A stretch of 61,709 bases of DNA from Fibrobacteria bacterium. Lineage in GTDB: Bacteria; Fibrobacterota; Chitinivibrionia; Chitinivibrionales; FEN-1185. The position numbers and the translations under genes are program-made. This document shows positions 28,776-38,195 of the stretch, piece by piece. Each line of letters opens with the position of its first letter. Position 1 is the stretch's first letter. The stretch lies in assembly GCA_037447435.1 (NCBI GenBank), contig JBBIGR010000031.1, positions 1 through 61,709 on the forward strand, given 5' to 3'. Below the pieces are notes generated by a model that did not search any database, was not told where the DNA came from, and saw only the letters and a list, made by a program, of their open reading frames with translations.

Positions 28776-29162
28776 ATGAGTATAGTACAAAACAGTAATG
28801 CATTTCCCGTAAGCGGCAATGCCTCGGTTGTAAAACCCCGTAGCGCGCAGACCAAGGCCGGTCTGAGCCAAAGTTTTGCCGATGTACTCAAAGAAAAGGT
28901 TTCCGGACTCAAATTTTCGGCACACGCGCAGACACGGATTTCGAGCAGGAATATCGACGTGTCTCCGCAAATGATGGATAAGTTGACCAGTGCAGTGGAA
29001 ACAGCGCAAAAAAAAGGATCTAAAAATTCGCTTGTGTTGTTTCCGAATGCGGCATTCATCGTCAATATTCCGAACAAGACGGTTGTGACAGCCATGGACG
29101 GAGAGAACATTAGGGAGAATATCTTTACAAACATCGACAGTACGGTACTTGCGGGACAATAA
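28776..29162 (+). CDS. Flagellar operon protein (TIGR02530 family)
   Basis: LKFSAHAQTRISSRNI...KGSKNSLV...NKTVVTAMD...ENIFTNIDSTV; between flgD and flgE. Confidence 0.88.
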   Translation: MSIVQNSNAFPVSGNASVVKPRSAQTKAGLSQSFADVLKEKVSGLKFSAHAQTRISSRNIDVSPQMMDKLTSAVETAQKKGSKNSLVLFPNAAFIVNIPNKTVVTAMDGENIRENIFTNIDSTVLAGQ

Positions 29163-29241
29163 AAGCAGGACGGGGTGAGTCGCCAAAGTTCTTGCCCCGA
29201 TGTTTTCCCCGCGAAAACCGCACGGTTTTTGAGGAGGATCT

Positions 29242-31386
29242 ATGATTCGATCTCTCTACGATGGCATAAGCGGCCTTCGGGCCGAACAGGTTGGCATGGA
29301 CGTGACCGCCAACAATATCGCCAATGTCAATACGGTAGGATTCAAGGCCGGTCGCGCCACCTTTAAGGAAGCAATGGCGCAGCTTTTAAAAGGTGCATCG
29401 CGTCCGCCGGGGTCGGCAGGCGGAACAAACCCGATGCAAATCGGTTTGGGAACATCGATCGGCTCTATTGATACTATTTTAAATCAAGGTAACATGCAGT
29501 CTACCGGTCAAATCACCGACCTCGCGCTTGAAGGGAATTCGTATTTTGCCTATTCAAGCGGTGAAGGAACGTTTTACAGCAGAAACGGCGCATTGCAATT
29601 CGACTCGACCGGCCGGCTTGTGAGCCCGACGAACGGATTTACTTTACAAGGGATGATGGCCGCAAACGACGGTACCTATCCTGCGGGAAGTAAAATCGGC
29701 GACATTACCATACCGTTTGGCGAAAAGGCCCCGGCGAAGGCGACAACGGAAGTAACCTACGGCTGCAATTTGGATTCCAACTCCGAGGGTTTAGGGACCG
29801 TCGACAATACCAATCGTTTCCTCGCGGCGTCGACGGGAGCGCAGACATTGACGTCCCTGTACGACAGCAGCGGAAACAGTCTGGGAATCATGGCGGGAGA
29901 TACCCTGACGGTACGCGGCTACAATGCGGCAGGTACCCAGTTTACCCAAAATCTTGTTGTGACAAATGCGACAACGACGACGGACATGGCCACGGCAATT
30001 CAGGCGGTGACCAATAACATAGACCCTGCGATTCCCGTGACCGTCAATGCCAACGGAAGCATTAACGTCACGACTGCGGGAAGACTTGGGCCGGTGAATA
30101 ACCTGAGCGTGTCCAGCAGCAGACCGGGCTCGAATTCCTATGTGTCGCAGGCGTTCAACTGGGGGCCGACAATCGCCACTACCGCGGCGACAGGTGAAAA
30201 TTCGGATCAATTGCGCAGGCCGGCAATTGCAACCGACCTTATTTCCAATTTGTATGATGCATCGGGTGTGGCCATGGGCGGCGTGGACCCGGTAACGGGA
30301 AATCCGCGCGGTCTTGAAGACGGCGATGTAATAAGCGTGAACGGTGCGGTTGGCGGAAAAACCATTCCGACGGGAACGATGACCTATACCGGTGCGACTT
30401 CCACATTGCAGAATTTACTTGACACAATACAGGCCGCGTTCAATTTACCGCGAAACGACGGAACGCCTCAGAACAATCTGTCGGTAAGCGTGAATGCATC
30501 CGATACTCCCGACGATCGTTTACCCGACGGATCCATTGTTATCCGCGGGCAAAAAGAGCTCGCTTTTGCTTTACAGAACGTATCGATTTCGGCAAGCAAT
30601 GCCAACAGCAACGCCGTTTCACCGACTCGGTTCAACGCGAATCTCGGCACGGTAGAAATGCAGGCTGCGCGCAACACCGGGCAGCAATCGACTTCGATCG
30701 TCGTGTACGATGAATCGGGCGATGCGCATACGCTGACCACGACGTTCACCAACTCGGGTACGCCCGGCACCTGGTTGTGGCAGGTTACGACCGAAGGCGG
30801 CGAAAGCATTCTCGGCGGTAATACCGGGCGTATTACGTTCGGTCAAGATGGCTCGCCGTCATCGTTTACCTTCGACGATTCGTCGACGAAATTCAGATTC
30901 GATCCCATGAACGGGTCGAATGAGGTTGATGTCAACCTCAATGTGGGGCAACCCGGTTCATTCAAAGGCGTAACGCAGTTCAGATCGCCTTCGACAACGG
31001 CGGCACGCGAGCAAGACGGTTATGCAATGGGAAAGCTCCAGGAAGTTTCCATAGATGAATACGGCGAAGTCAAGGGACTGTATACAAACGGCGTTTCGAA
31101 ATCGATAGCAAGGATATTTGTGGCGGATTTCAAAAATCCTGCGGGACTTATGAAAGCGAACGACAGTATGTTTGCTGCGTCGAACAATTCCGGTGAAGCG
31201 GTCATGCTTCAGCCGGGCGTCGGAACACCGACAAAAATAAAACCGGGTGCTTTGGAAATGAGCAATGTTGAACTTGCGACGGAATTTACCAATATGATGG
31301 TAACGCAGCGCGCTTATCAGGCAAGTGCGAAGGTGATCACCACAAGCGACTCGTTATTGCAGGAACTGGTACAACTCGTTCGGTAA
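29242..31386 (+). CDS. flgE: Flagellar hook protein
   Basis: SLYDGISGL...MDVTANNIANVNTVGFK N-terminus; GALEMSNVELATEFTNMMVTQRAYQASAKVITTSD C-terminus; large central insertion. Confidence 0.96.
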   Translation: MIRSLYDGISGLRAEQVGMDVTANNIANVNTVGFKAGRATFKEAMAQLLKGASRPPGSAGGTNPMQIGLGTSIGSIDTILNQGNMQSTGQITDLALEGNSYFAYSSGEGTFYSRNGALQFDSTGRLVSPTNGFTLQGMMAANDGTYPAGSKIGDITIPFGEKAPAKATTEVTYGCNLDSNSEGLGTVDNTNRFLAASTGAQTLTSLYDSSGNSLGIMAGDTLTVRGYNAAGTQFTQNLVVTNATTTTDMATAIQAVTNNIDPAIPVTVNANGSINVTTAGRLGPVNNLSVSSSRPGSNSYVSQAFNWGPTIATTAATGENSDQLRRPAIATDLISNLYDASGVAMGGVDPVTGNPRGLEDGDVISVNGAVGGKTIPTGTMTYTGATSTLQNLLDTIQAAFNLPRNDGTPQNNLSVSVNASDTPDDRLPDGSIVIRGQKELAFALQNVSISASNANSNAVSPTRFNANLGTVEMQAARNTGQQSTSIVVYDESGDAHTLTTTFTNSGTPGTWLWQVTTEGGESILGGNTGRITFGQDGSPSSFTFDDSSTKFRFDPMNGSNEVDVNLNVGQPGSFKGVTQFRSPSTTAAREQDGYAMGKLQEVSIDEYGEVKGLYTNGVSKSIARIFVADFKNPAGLMKANDSMFAASNNSGEAVMLQPGVGTPTKIKPGALEMSNVELATEFTNMMVTQRAYQASAKVITTSDSLLQELVQLVR

Positions 31387-31403
31387 AAAATGAGCCCATG
31401 CCG

Positions 31404-31443
31404 ATTCGTATAGAGACGTAATCTAAGGCGTCTCTATACGAAT
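31404..31443. repeat. Perfect 15-bp inverted repeat after flgE (terminator- or REP-like)
   Basis: ATTCGTATAGAGACG-N10-CGTCTCTATACGAAT. Confidence 0.7.
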
Positions 31444-31587
31444 AAAAAGCAGGAGAAGTACAAAAATCGGATTTCAAAAAGAATCAATAAATATTAGTAA
31501 AAAGGGGTTGACCAATATATTGAAATAATGATACAGTTAAATTATTAAATGGAATTGATAAGACTGTAATTTGCAAGGGGTTAACAA

Positions 31588-31803
31588 ATGGTCCTATTAT
31601 CACGGTTAAATAACGAAAAGTTCGTTCTAAACGCCCTTTTCATCGAAATGATAGAAGAAACTCCCGACACCGTGATTACGCTTACGAGTGGAAAAAAACT
31701 TATGGTAAAGGACAAACTCGAGGATGTGGTAAAACGCGTCGTTGAGTTTCATCGTTTGTGCAATCAAACGTTGCAGGTTGTTCGTAAGGAAAAAGAATCT
31801 TGA
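31588..31803 (+). CDS. flbD: Flagellar protein FlbD (SwrD family)
   Basis: LSRLNNEKFVLNALFIEMIEETPDTVITLTSGKK. Confidence 0.92.
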   Translation: MVLLSRLNNEKFVLNALFIEMIEETPDTVITLTSGKKLMVKDKLEDVVKRVVEFHRLCNQTLQVVRKEKES

Positions 31804-31822
31804 TATTGCATAATGCGAGTTT

Positions 31823-32446
31823 TTGAAAGGAATGACAATGGACGAAAAAAAACCGGCAGACAAGCCCGCTGAAGGTGGAACAGAGGCGGCAAAACCTGCA
31901 AAGAAGCTGAATACGGGAAAAATACTTTTTTTCGCCATTCTTGCGGGTGCAATCGTATTTAATGTCATAGTTGCCACCGTTCTTATTACCGTAACAAAAC
32001 CGAAAGATCTTACCGAAAAAGAATCCGCACTCGACGGAAAAGGTCCGAAAGGCGATGAGAAGGCTAAAAAAGAAGCTGCCGGCGCGCAAATACACGATGA
32101 AGGGGAACCTATCGCGGATCCCGTTGAAGCAATTGTCAATGTCGCGGGTACGAACGGAGACCGGTTCCTAAAGGTTGTGCTTTTATTATGCTATGATGCG
32201 GTCAAGTATCCCAAAATGCTCGGCGGCGGCGGCGGTGAAGGAAAAGGCGGAGCGCTCGGACCGAAAAAAGCCTTGCTCAAAGATATGCTCATCGAAATAC
32301 TTTCACAAATGACAATAGAAGAACTGTCGACTCCCGAGAGCAAGGAAAAAATTCGAAGCGATTTTTTACGAAAAGCCAACAGTACGCTGACGCCGGGAAC
32401 CGGTGAATTTTCCGGTGTGCTTATCGATCAGTTTATTGTTCAGTAA
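31823..32446 (+). CDS. fliL: Flagellar basal body-associated protein FliL
   Basis: N-terminal TM, IVNVAG...RFLKV, LKDMLIEILS...KEKIR, C-terminal DQFIVQ. Confidence 0.88.
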   Translation: MKGMTMDEKKPADKPAEGGTEAAKPAKKLNTGKILFFAILAGAIVFNVIVATVLITVTKPKDLTEKESALDGKGPKGDEKAKKEAAGAQIHDEGEPIADPVEAIVNVAGTNGDRFLKVVLLLCYDAVKYPKMLGGGGGEGKGGALGPKKALLKDMLIEILSQMTIEELSTPESKEKIRSDFLRKANSTLTPGTGEFSGVLIDQFIVQ

Positions 32447-32518
32447 TAAACGGAGGTATCGGGTCTATTTGTATTGCGATACCAATGCGAAATTACGAAG
32501 TGTCGCGGTTAAAAAAAT

Positions 32519-33556
32519 GTGGGAAAGGGTTCAGTTGTGAGTGATATTCTGTCACAAGAAGAGGTCGATGCGCTGCTGTCTGCAGTGTCTTCAGGGGGCG
32601 ATTCGGACATGAGCGTCCATGCCGGCGCTCCGGCAGAAAGCGGAGCTCCGGAAGAGGAAAAAGCGCTTTCCCTTTATGACTTTCGACGGCCCGATCGCGT
32701 TTCAAAAGACCAAATGCGGACATTGCAAAACCTTCACGAAGGATATGCGCGCCAATTTTCAACGACGCTTACCAATTTCTTGCGAACATTTGTTGAAATC
32801 GAATTGGTGAGCGTCGATCAGTTGACTTATTCCGAATTCGTCATGTCAATTTCAAATCCAAGCTGCATCTACGTGTTTAAAATGGAACCTCTCGAAGGCA
32901 GCGCTATTTTGGAAATAAATCCGTCACTGGTTTTCTTCATCATCGACAGGCTTTTTGGAGGCCAGGGAAAACCCTCGGAACAAAACCGCGAGCTCACGCT
33001 CATAGAACAAAATGTCATTCACCGGATTGTCGAGCGCAGTCTGAATGATTTAAAGGAAATTTGGGAACATGTGGGCATTTTCAGCCCTAAAATCGATACC
33101 TATGAAACAAACCCTCAATTCGTGCAAATCGCGCCGCCCGGCGAAACGGTTATTCTCATTTCTCTTGAAGTCCGCATGCAAAACGCCTCGGGCCTCATGA
33201 GTCTTTGTTTTCCGTTTATGCTTTTGGAAAGCGTCATAAATAATTTGACGGGAGCATCATGGATGTCGGCCCAGACGACGGCAACGACTGAGACTCGGGG
33301 AATTGTCGAACACGAAATGAACGCAGTCGAATTGCCGGTTTCGGTGGTCATAGGCCAAACGAAACTCAGTATCCGCGACCTTTTACAGTTGCAAAACGGT
33401 GATGTCCTGGCGCTTGATAAACCGTATGATTCCGACCTGCTTATTCAAATAGGCGGGAAGACCAAAATGGCCGGAAAATCGGGCCTGATCGGCAGGAAAA
33501 AGGCTGCTAAAATTACAAAAATAGTTGAGAAAGAGGTACCTGGTTGCCATGAGTGA
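32519..33556 (+). CDS. fliM: Flagellar motor switch protein FliM
   Basis: ILSQEEVDALL, YDFRRPDRVSKDQMR, ETNPQFVQI, C-terminal SpoA domain. Confidence 0.96.
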   Translation: MGKGSVVSDILSQEEVDALLSAVSSGGDSDMSVHAGAPAESGAPEEEKALSLYDFRRPDRVSKDQMRTLQNLHEGYARQFSTTLTNFLRTFVEIELVSVDQLTYSEFVMSISNPSCIYVFKMEPLEGSAILEINPSLVFFIIDRLFGGQGKPSEQNRELTLIEQNVIHRIVERSLNDLKEIWEHVGIFSPKIDTYETNPQFVQIAPPGETVILISLEVRMQNASGLMSLCFPFMLLESVINNLTGASWMSAQTTATTETRGIVEHEMNAVELPVSVVIGQTKLSIRDLLQLQNGDVLALDKPYDSDLLIQIGGKTKMAGKSGLIGRKKAAKITKIVEKEVPGCHE

Positions 33557-34616
33557 AATATTATCCCAGGAACAAATCGACAGTCTGCTTGGTCAACAAG
33601 CCATGGGAGGCGATTTGGCCGCAGACGATACAGCCGGCGGCGGCGACATCGGTGCCGAACGTGACTATACCGTATTGTCAAGTGCTTTCGAATTGTTTAA
33701 TGAACAAGCTTCGACCGTAATTTCCACGGTTCTCAATAAGGACATATCCTTCACCGTGGATCGGTGCGACAAAGCCGACAAAGAATCGGTTGCAAGCGGA
33801 GCCGAAACCGGTTTGCTCATCGTACAGGTTCCCTTTAAATCCGGATTTTCGGGCACACTTTATTGCATTATGCCGAAAAAAGACGTGGCAATGCTTTCGG
33901 ACCTCATGATGATGGGCGATGGCACTGCGGAATATACCGATGATCATAGAGATGCGATTGCCGAACTTTTATCGCAAGTTATGGGTTCGTATACGACCGC
34001 ACTCGGCGACAAAATCGGCACGTCGGTCGGCACAAATACTTTGAGCGCTGCGGAATTCGATGCCGCGAACTTGCCTTTCGACGTTGAAAATTCCGATATG
34101 GCTATTTTGTCGCTTACGGTAGGAGGAGCGAATACTTCGCGGTTGGTTTTTGTCATTCCAAACGATTTATCGTCGGAACTCGTAGCAAAGCTTAAAGCGA
34201 CACAACAAAACGATATTGACGATTCAACCGGAGGCATTGGATTGAATTCGTCGGAATTGAATGATTTGAGCCAGGTTACCGGTTCCTCCGACGATTCATT
34301 AGGGTTCACTGAAACTCCGATTTCGGCAATGTCTCATTCCAGGATAAATGCTCCCAAGGAAAACATTGATATGTTGCTCGACATCGAGCTTGACGTGAGC
34401 ATAGAACTCGGTCGGACAAATATGTCCATAAAACGAGTTTTGGAAATGGGGCCCGGTTCCATCGTAGAATTAGACCGGATGGCCGGGGAGCCGGTGGATT
34501 TGCTTGTCAACAATAAAGTCGTTGCAAAAGGAGAAGTCGTCGTCGTGGATGAGAATTTCGGAATACGAATCGTTTCGCTCGTTTCGCCAGAAGAACGGAT
34601 TAAAAGTTTGAAATAA
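33549..34616 (+). CDS. fliY: Flagellar motor switch protein FliY/FliN (CheC-like middle domain plus SpoA)
   Basis: MSEILSQEQIDSLL, DAIAELLSQVMGS, NIDMLLDIELDVSIELG...KGEVVVVDENFGIRI; start set at ATG 33549 after a GAGGT RBS. Confidence 0.88.
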   Translation: MSEILSQEQIDSLLGQQAMGGDLAADDTAGGGDIGAERDYTVLSSAFELFNEQASTVISTVLNKDISFTVDRCDKADKESVASGAETGLLIVQVPFKSGFSGTLYCIMPKKDVAMLSDLMMMGDGTAEYTDDHRDAIAELLSQVMGSYTTALGDKIGTSVGTNTLSAAEFDAANLPFDVENSDMAILSLTVGGANTSRLVFVIPNDLSSELVAKLKATQQNDIDDSTGGIGLNSSELNDLSQVTGSSDDSLGFTETPISAMSHSRINAPKENIDMLLDIELDVSIELGRTNMSIKRVLEMGPGSIVELDRMAGEPVDLLVNNKVVAKGEVVVVDENFGIRIVSLVSPEERIKSLK

Positions 34617-34626
34617 GTTTTAACCT

Positions 34627-35214
34627 TTGTTAAAGGAAATCGGGATTTTAGATATGCTTAAATTTATCATCGGTCTTTTTTTTGTTATGAGCATCGTTGT
34701 CCAGGCGCCTCGCGCCGCAACCTCGGAAAACCAGGATATCGGGACATTCGACATTAATAAGGTCACTCAGGCCGTCGGCGGCGCCTCCCAAGGAGCGGGA
34801 ATGACTGCGGATTCTCAAAAATCCGGTTCCGCTGCAAATTCCATAGACTCCAAAGTTAAAGAAAACTGGACATTGGTGAGTTTGCGAATCGGGCTATACC
34901 TGTTTTTGACGATTGTGGCCATTTTCGGCGTGATTTGGGGAATAAAAAAAATAGGGGTCTCCGGCAGATCGCGGATGGGCGGCGGTTCGATGGATGTTCT
35001 GGAAGCGCTCCCGATAGGACAAAATCGCTCCATTCTTCTCGTGAGAGTTGTAGACAAAGTATATCTAATCGGGCAAACGCAACAGGAAATAAACGTTTTG
35101 GAAACAATTGAGGGCCAAAAGGCTCTTGAGCTTATTTCGTCGAACAAGGGCGTTGTCTCTATTGCGCAATTCAAGGACGTTTTTAACAACTTTATGGGGA
35201 AATTCAAGAAATGA
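34627..35214 (+). CDS. fliO: Flagellar biosynthesis protein FliO
   Basis: TM segment followed by VLEALPIGQNRSILLVRVVDKVYLIG; between fliY and fliP. Confidence 0.85.
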   Translation: MLKEIGILDMLKFIIGLFFVMSIVVQAPRAATSENQDIGTFDINKVTQAVGGASQGAGMTADSQKSGSAANSIDSKVKENWTLVSLRIGLYLFLTIVAIFGVIWGIKKIGVSGRSRMGGGSMDVLEALPIGQNRSILLVRVVDKVYLIGQTQQEINVLETIEGQKALELISSNKGVVSIAQFKDVFNNFMGKFKK

Positions 35215-36041
35215 TTTTTTTTAATGATGAAAAAGACAAGCAAAAAAATCCTCTATTATCGATATCGGCAGGTGTGAATTTAGTCTTGAATAGATTTTTT
35301 AAAACTCGCCGAACAGCTCAGTTGTTCGGATTTTTCCTTCTTGTTGCAAATACGACATTTGCTCAGGTTATACCGAAGATATCATTATCCGTTGCAGATG
35401 CGAAAAAACCGGGCGACGTGGCGGTGGCACTGCAAATCATTTTCCTCATCACCATTCTTGCTCTTGCGCCGTCGATTCTCATTATGATGACGTCTTTTGT
35501 ACGAATTATTATCGTGATGTCTTTTTTAAGACGCGCAATCGGTACGCAGACTATGCCGCCCGATCAGGTTTTAGTCGGGTTGTCGTTGTTCCTCACTTTA
35601 TTCATCATGATGCCCGTTTTTACTCAAATCAACGATAAAGCCCTGCAACCGTATCTTGCGCAGCAAATGGATTGGAAAACCGCACTGAATAATGCAACCG
35701 ATCCGGTGCGAAATTTCATGCTGAGACAGGTGAGCGAAAAGGATGTTGCGCTATTTGTTCGTCTGGCAAAAATGCCGGCACCGCATACCGTGAAGGATTT
35801 GCCGATGCAAGTCATAATCCCGGCTTTTATAACGAGCGAATTAAAGACCGCCTTTATTATAGGTTTTGTTTTGTATATACCGTTTTTGGTCATAGATATG
35901 ATCGTTGCGAGCGTGCTTATGTCGATGGGAATGATGATGCTGCCGCCGGTCATGATTTCCATGCCGTTCAAGATAATCCTGTTTGTACTTATAGACGGTT
36001 GGAATCTCATCGTACGGCAATTGGTCATATCGTTTCAATAG
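35211..36041 (+). CDS. fliP: Flagellar export gate protein FliP
   Basis: LAPSILIMMTSFVRI, PPDQVLVGL, PAFITSELKTAF, MGMMMLPP, DGW. Confidence 0.96.
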   Translation: MIFFNDEKDKQKNPLLSISAGVNLVLNRFFKTRRTAQLFGFFLLVANTTFAQVIPKISLSVADAKKPGDVAVALQIIFLITILALAPSILIMMTSFVRIIIVMSFLRRAIGTQTMPPDQVLVGLSLFLTLFIMMPVFTQINDKALQPYLAQQMDWKTALNNATDPVRNFMLRQVSEKDVALFVRLAKMPAPHTVKDLPMQVIIPAFITSELKTAFIIGFVLYIPFLVIDMIVASVLMSMGMMMLPPVMISMPFKIILFVLIDGWNLIVRQLVISFQ

Positions 36042-36053
36042 GAGAAATAACGG

Positions 36054-36323
36054 ATGGAAACCTCTCTTGCAGTTGACATCGGTCGTCAGGCATTATGGAT
36101 AACCCTGCTTGTTTCCGGGCCGCTTCTTCTGGTCGGCCTGGTTGTCGGTTTAGTGATCGGAATATTTCAGGCCGTTACGCAAATTCATGAAATGACCCTT
36201 GCGTTTATCCCTAAAATATTGGCCGTTTTCGGAGTTTTTGTGTTTTTATTGCCGTGGATGGTTATCACCATGCTCGACTATACCATAAATTTATTTGAGA
36301 AAATCCCCACTCTCATACGGTGA
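36054..36323 (+). CDS. fliQ: Flagellar export gate protein FliQ
   Basis: FQAVTQIHEMTLAFIPK. Confidence 0.95.
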   Translation: METSLAVDIGRQALWITLLVSGPLLLVGLVVGLVIGIFQAVTQIHEMTLAFIPKILAVFGVFVFLLPWMVITMLDYTINLFEKIPTLIR

Positions 36324-36326
36324 CGA

Positions 36327-37112
36327 ATGGATATATTGACGTATACAACAAATCAGGCTCAATTGTTCATGCTGGCCTTTGTGCGCATCGCTTCAATGAT
36401 CGCACTGATGCCGGTGCTCGGGTCCGCAAGTATTCCGCCGACGGTCAAAGCAGGTCTTTCCTTAATTTTGTGCTTTATCCTATTTCCTTTCATTCAGCAG
36501 CATTCTGCAATGCCCCTTCCGCAAACAACCGGAATTTTTATTTATAAAATCATCATGGAGGTTTTTGTCGGGATTGTGATCGGTTTCATCAGTTCAATGC
36601 TGTTTTCATCGGTACAATTCGCGGGATACCTTATCGATACGTTGACGGGCTTTTCGTTTGTCGAACTTGTCGATCCGTTTACAGATACAAGTATTTCCGT
36701 AATCGGGCAATTTAACGTGTTGATATTCACCATCATATTTTTTCTTATCAACGGACATTATTTCATGATTTTGGCAATACAAAAAAGCTTTGAAGTGGTC
36801 CCGTTGCTTGGTGTGGGATTCAATCCGGGAAAACTCGTGGATTTCATGACGTCGCAAACCGGCGCGATTTTTGTCGTTGCATTTAAGCTTTGCGCACCGA
36901 TGTTCGTGGCGCTGATCATTACGCAGGTTGCACTCGGGGTGGTGGCGCGAACCGTACCGCAGATCAATGTTTTTTTTGTCGGCGTTCCGTTGAATATCGT
37001 TGTTGCTTTTTGCGTATTGATCATCGTGTTGCCGAATTTGGCGACATTGTTCAAAAGCGTTTTTGAGAACATGATGCAGGATATCTGGAAATTGCTGTAC
37101 CTAATGGCGTAA
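36327..37112 (+). CDS. fliR: Flagellar export gate protein FliR
   Basis: Multiple TMs, QFAGYLID, NGHY, RTVPQINVFFVGVP. Confidence 0.95.
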   Translation: MDILTYTTNQAQLFMLAFVRIASMIALMPVLGSASIPPTVKAGLSLILCFILFPFIQQHSAMPLPQTTGIFIYKIIMEVFVGIVIGFISSMLFSSVQFAGYLIDTLTGFSFVELVDPFTDTSISVIGQFNVLIFTIIFFLINGHYFMILAIQKSFEVVPLLGVGFNPGKLVDFMTSQTGAIFVVAFKLCAPMFVALIITQVALGVVARTVPQINVFFVGVPLNIVVAFCVLIIVLPNLATLFKSVFENMMQDIWKLLYLMA

Positions 37113-37127
37113 AAGAAAGAAACCATC

Positions 37128-38195
37128 GTGGCAGACGATTCGGGTGAAGACAAGTCTGAGGCGCCCACCGAGAAACGGCGATCGGAAGCGCGCAATAAAG
37201 GCAACGTACCCAAAAGTACAGAGGTCAATTCGGTACTTGTTTTGCTTTCCGGCTTAATGCTGCTCAAGTTTTTCGGGCCGTGGATGATGCGCAACATCGC
37301 CCGCTATACGAGCGATACTCTTATGATGATGGGGCATCCGAAGGCTGATCTCGGTTTTGCAGCCGGTATTGTTATAAAGGCTCTCATGGCGATCTGTTAT
37401 ATTTGCTGGCCCGTATGTCTGGGAATTTTGGTAATCGGCGTCATAGCGAATTTAATTCAGGTCGGTTTTTTGTTTACATTCGAGCCGCTTATCCCGAAAT
37501 TGGAAAAAATCAATCCTATTGCCGGATTCGGCAGGTTGTTTGCTTTGCGATCGTTTGTCGAAATGATAAAGAATATTTTAAAGCTTCTCATTATCGGGTT
37601 TGTTGCGTATACGACCGTTGCGGGTGACTTTCACAAAATTATCGGGCTTGCCGATACGTCGGTATCCGCAATTTTCATGTTTATGGTAGCGGTTTCGTTT
37701 AAAGTGATTTTGCGAGTCGCGCTTGTTTTGCTGGTTCTTGCCATATTGGACTATGTATACCAACGGTTCGAGCATGAAAAAGGCCTGAAAATGTCGAAGC
37801 AGGAGATAAAGGAAGAACATAAACAATCGGAAGGGGACCCGCAAATAAAATCACGGATCAAGTCTTTGCAGCGGGAAATGGCAAGGCGGCGCATGATACA
37901 GGAAGTTCCGAAAGCAACCGTTGTAATTACCAACCCGACCCATATTGCAATCGCCTTGCAATATGATCCGTCAATGGAATCTCCAAAAGTACTTGCAAAA
38001 GGCAAAAGACTGATAGCCGAACAAATAAAACGAATCGCACTCGACAATGGAATTCCCATAGTCGAGGACAAACCGTTGGCAAGATCCATGTACGACAGGA
38101 TATTTGTCGGGGAAAGCATTCCGATGGAATTTTTCAGCGCCGTCGCAGAAATACTTGCATATGTATACAGGCTTAAAAAAAGGGAAGCGGCATGA
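37128..38195 (+). CDS. flhB: Flagellar export substrate-specificity switch FlhB
   Basis: KSEAPTEKRR, EGDPQIKSR, NPTH autocleavage motif. Confidence 0.97.
   Translation: MADDSGEDKSEAPTEKRRSEARNKGNVPKSTEVNSVLVLLSGLMLLKFFGPWMMRNIARYTSDTLMMMGHPKADLGFAAGIVIKALMAICYICWPVCLGILVIGVIANLIQVGFLFTFEPLIPKLEKINPIAGFGRLFALRSFVEMIKNILKLLIIGFVAYTTVAGDFHKIIGLADTSVSAIFMFMVAVSFKVILRVALVLLVLAILDYVYQRFEHEKGLKMSKQEIKEEHKQSEGDPQIKSRIKSLQREMARRRMIQEVPKATVVITNPTHIAIALQYDPSMESPKVLAKGKRLIAEQIKRIALDNGIPIVEDKPLARSMYDRIFVGESIPMEFFSAVAEILAYVYRLKKREAA

Noticed and set aside
29242..31386. Visibly higher GC of flgE as a sign of horizontal transfer
   Set aside because: Explained by G/A/T-rich amino-acid composition and codon bias of a highly expressed gene in its normal operon position.
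32222..32250. GGC repeat in fliL as a phase-variation tract
   Set aside because: An in-frame trinucleotide run encoding a Gly-rich loop; slippage would not switch the frame.
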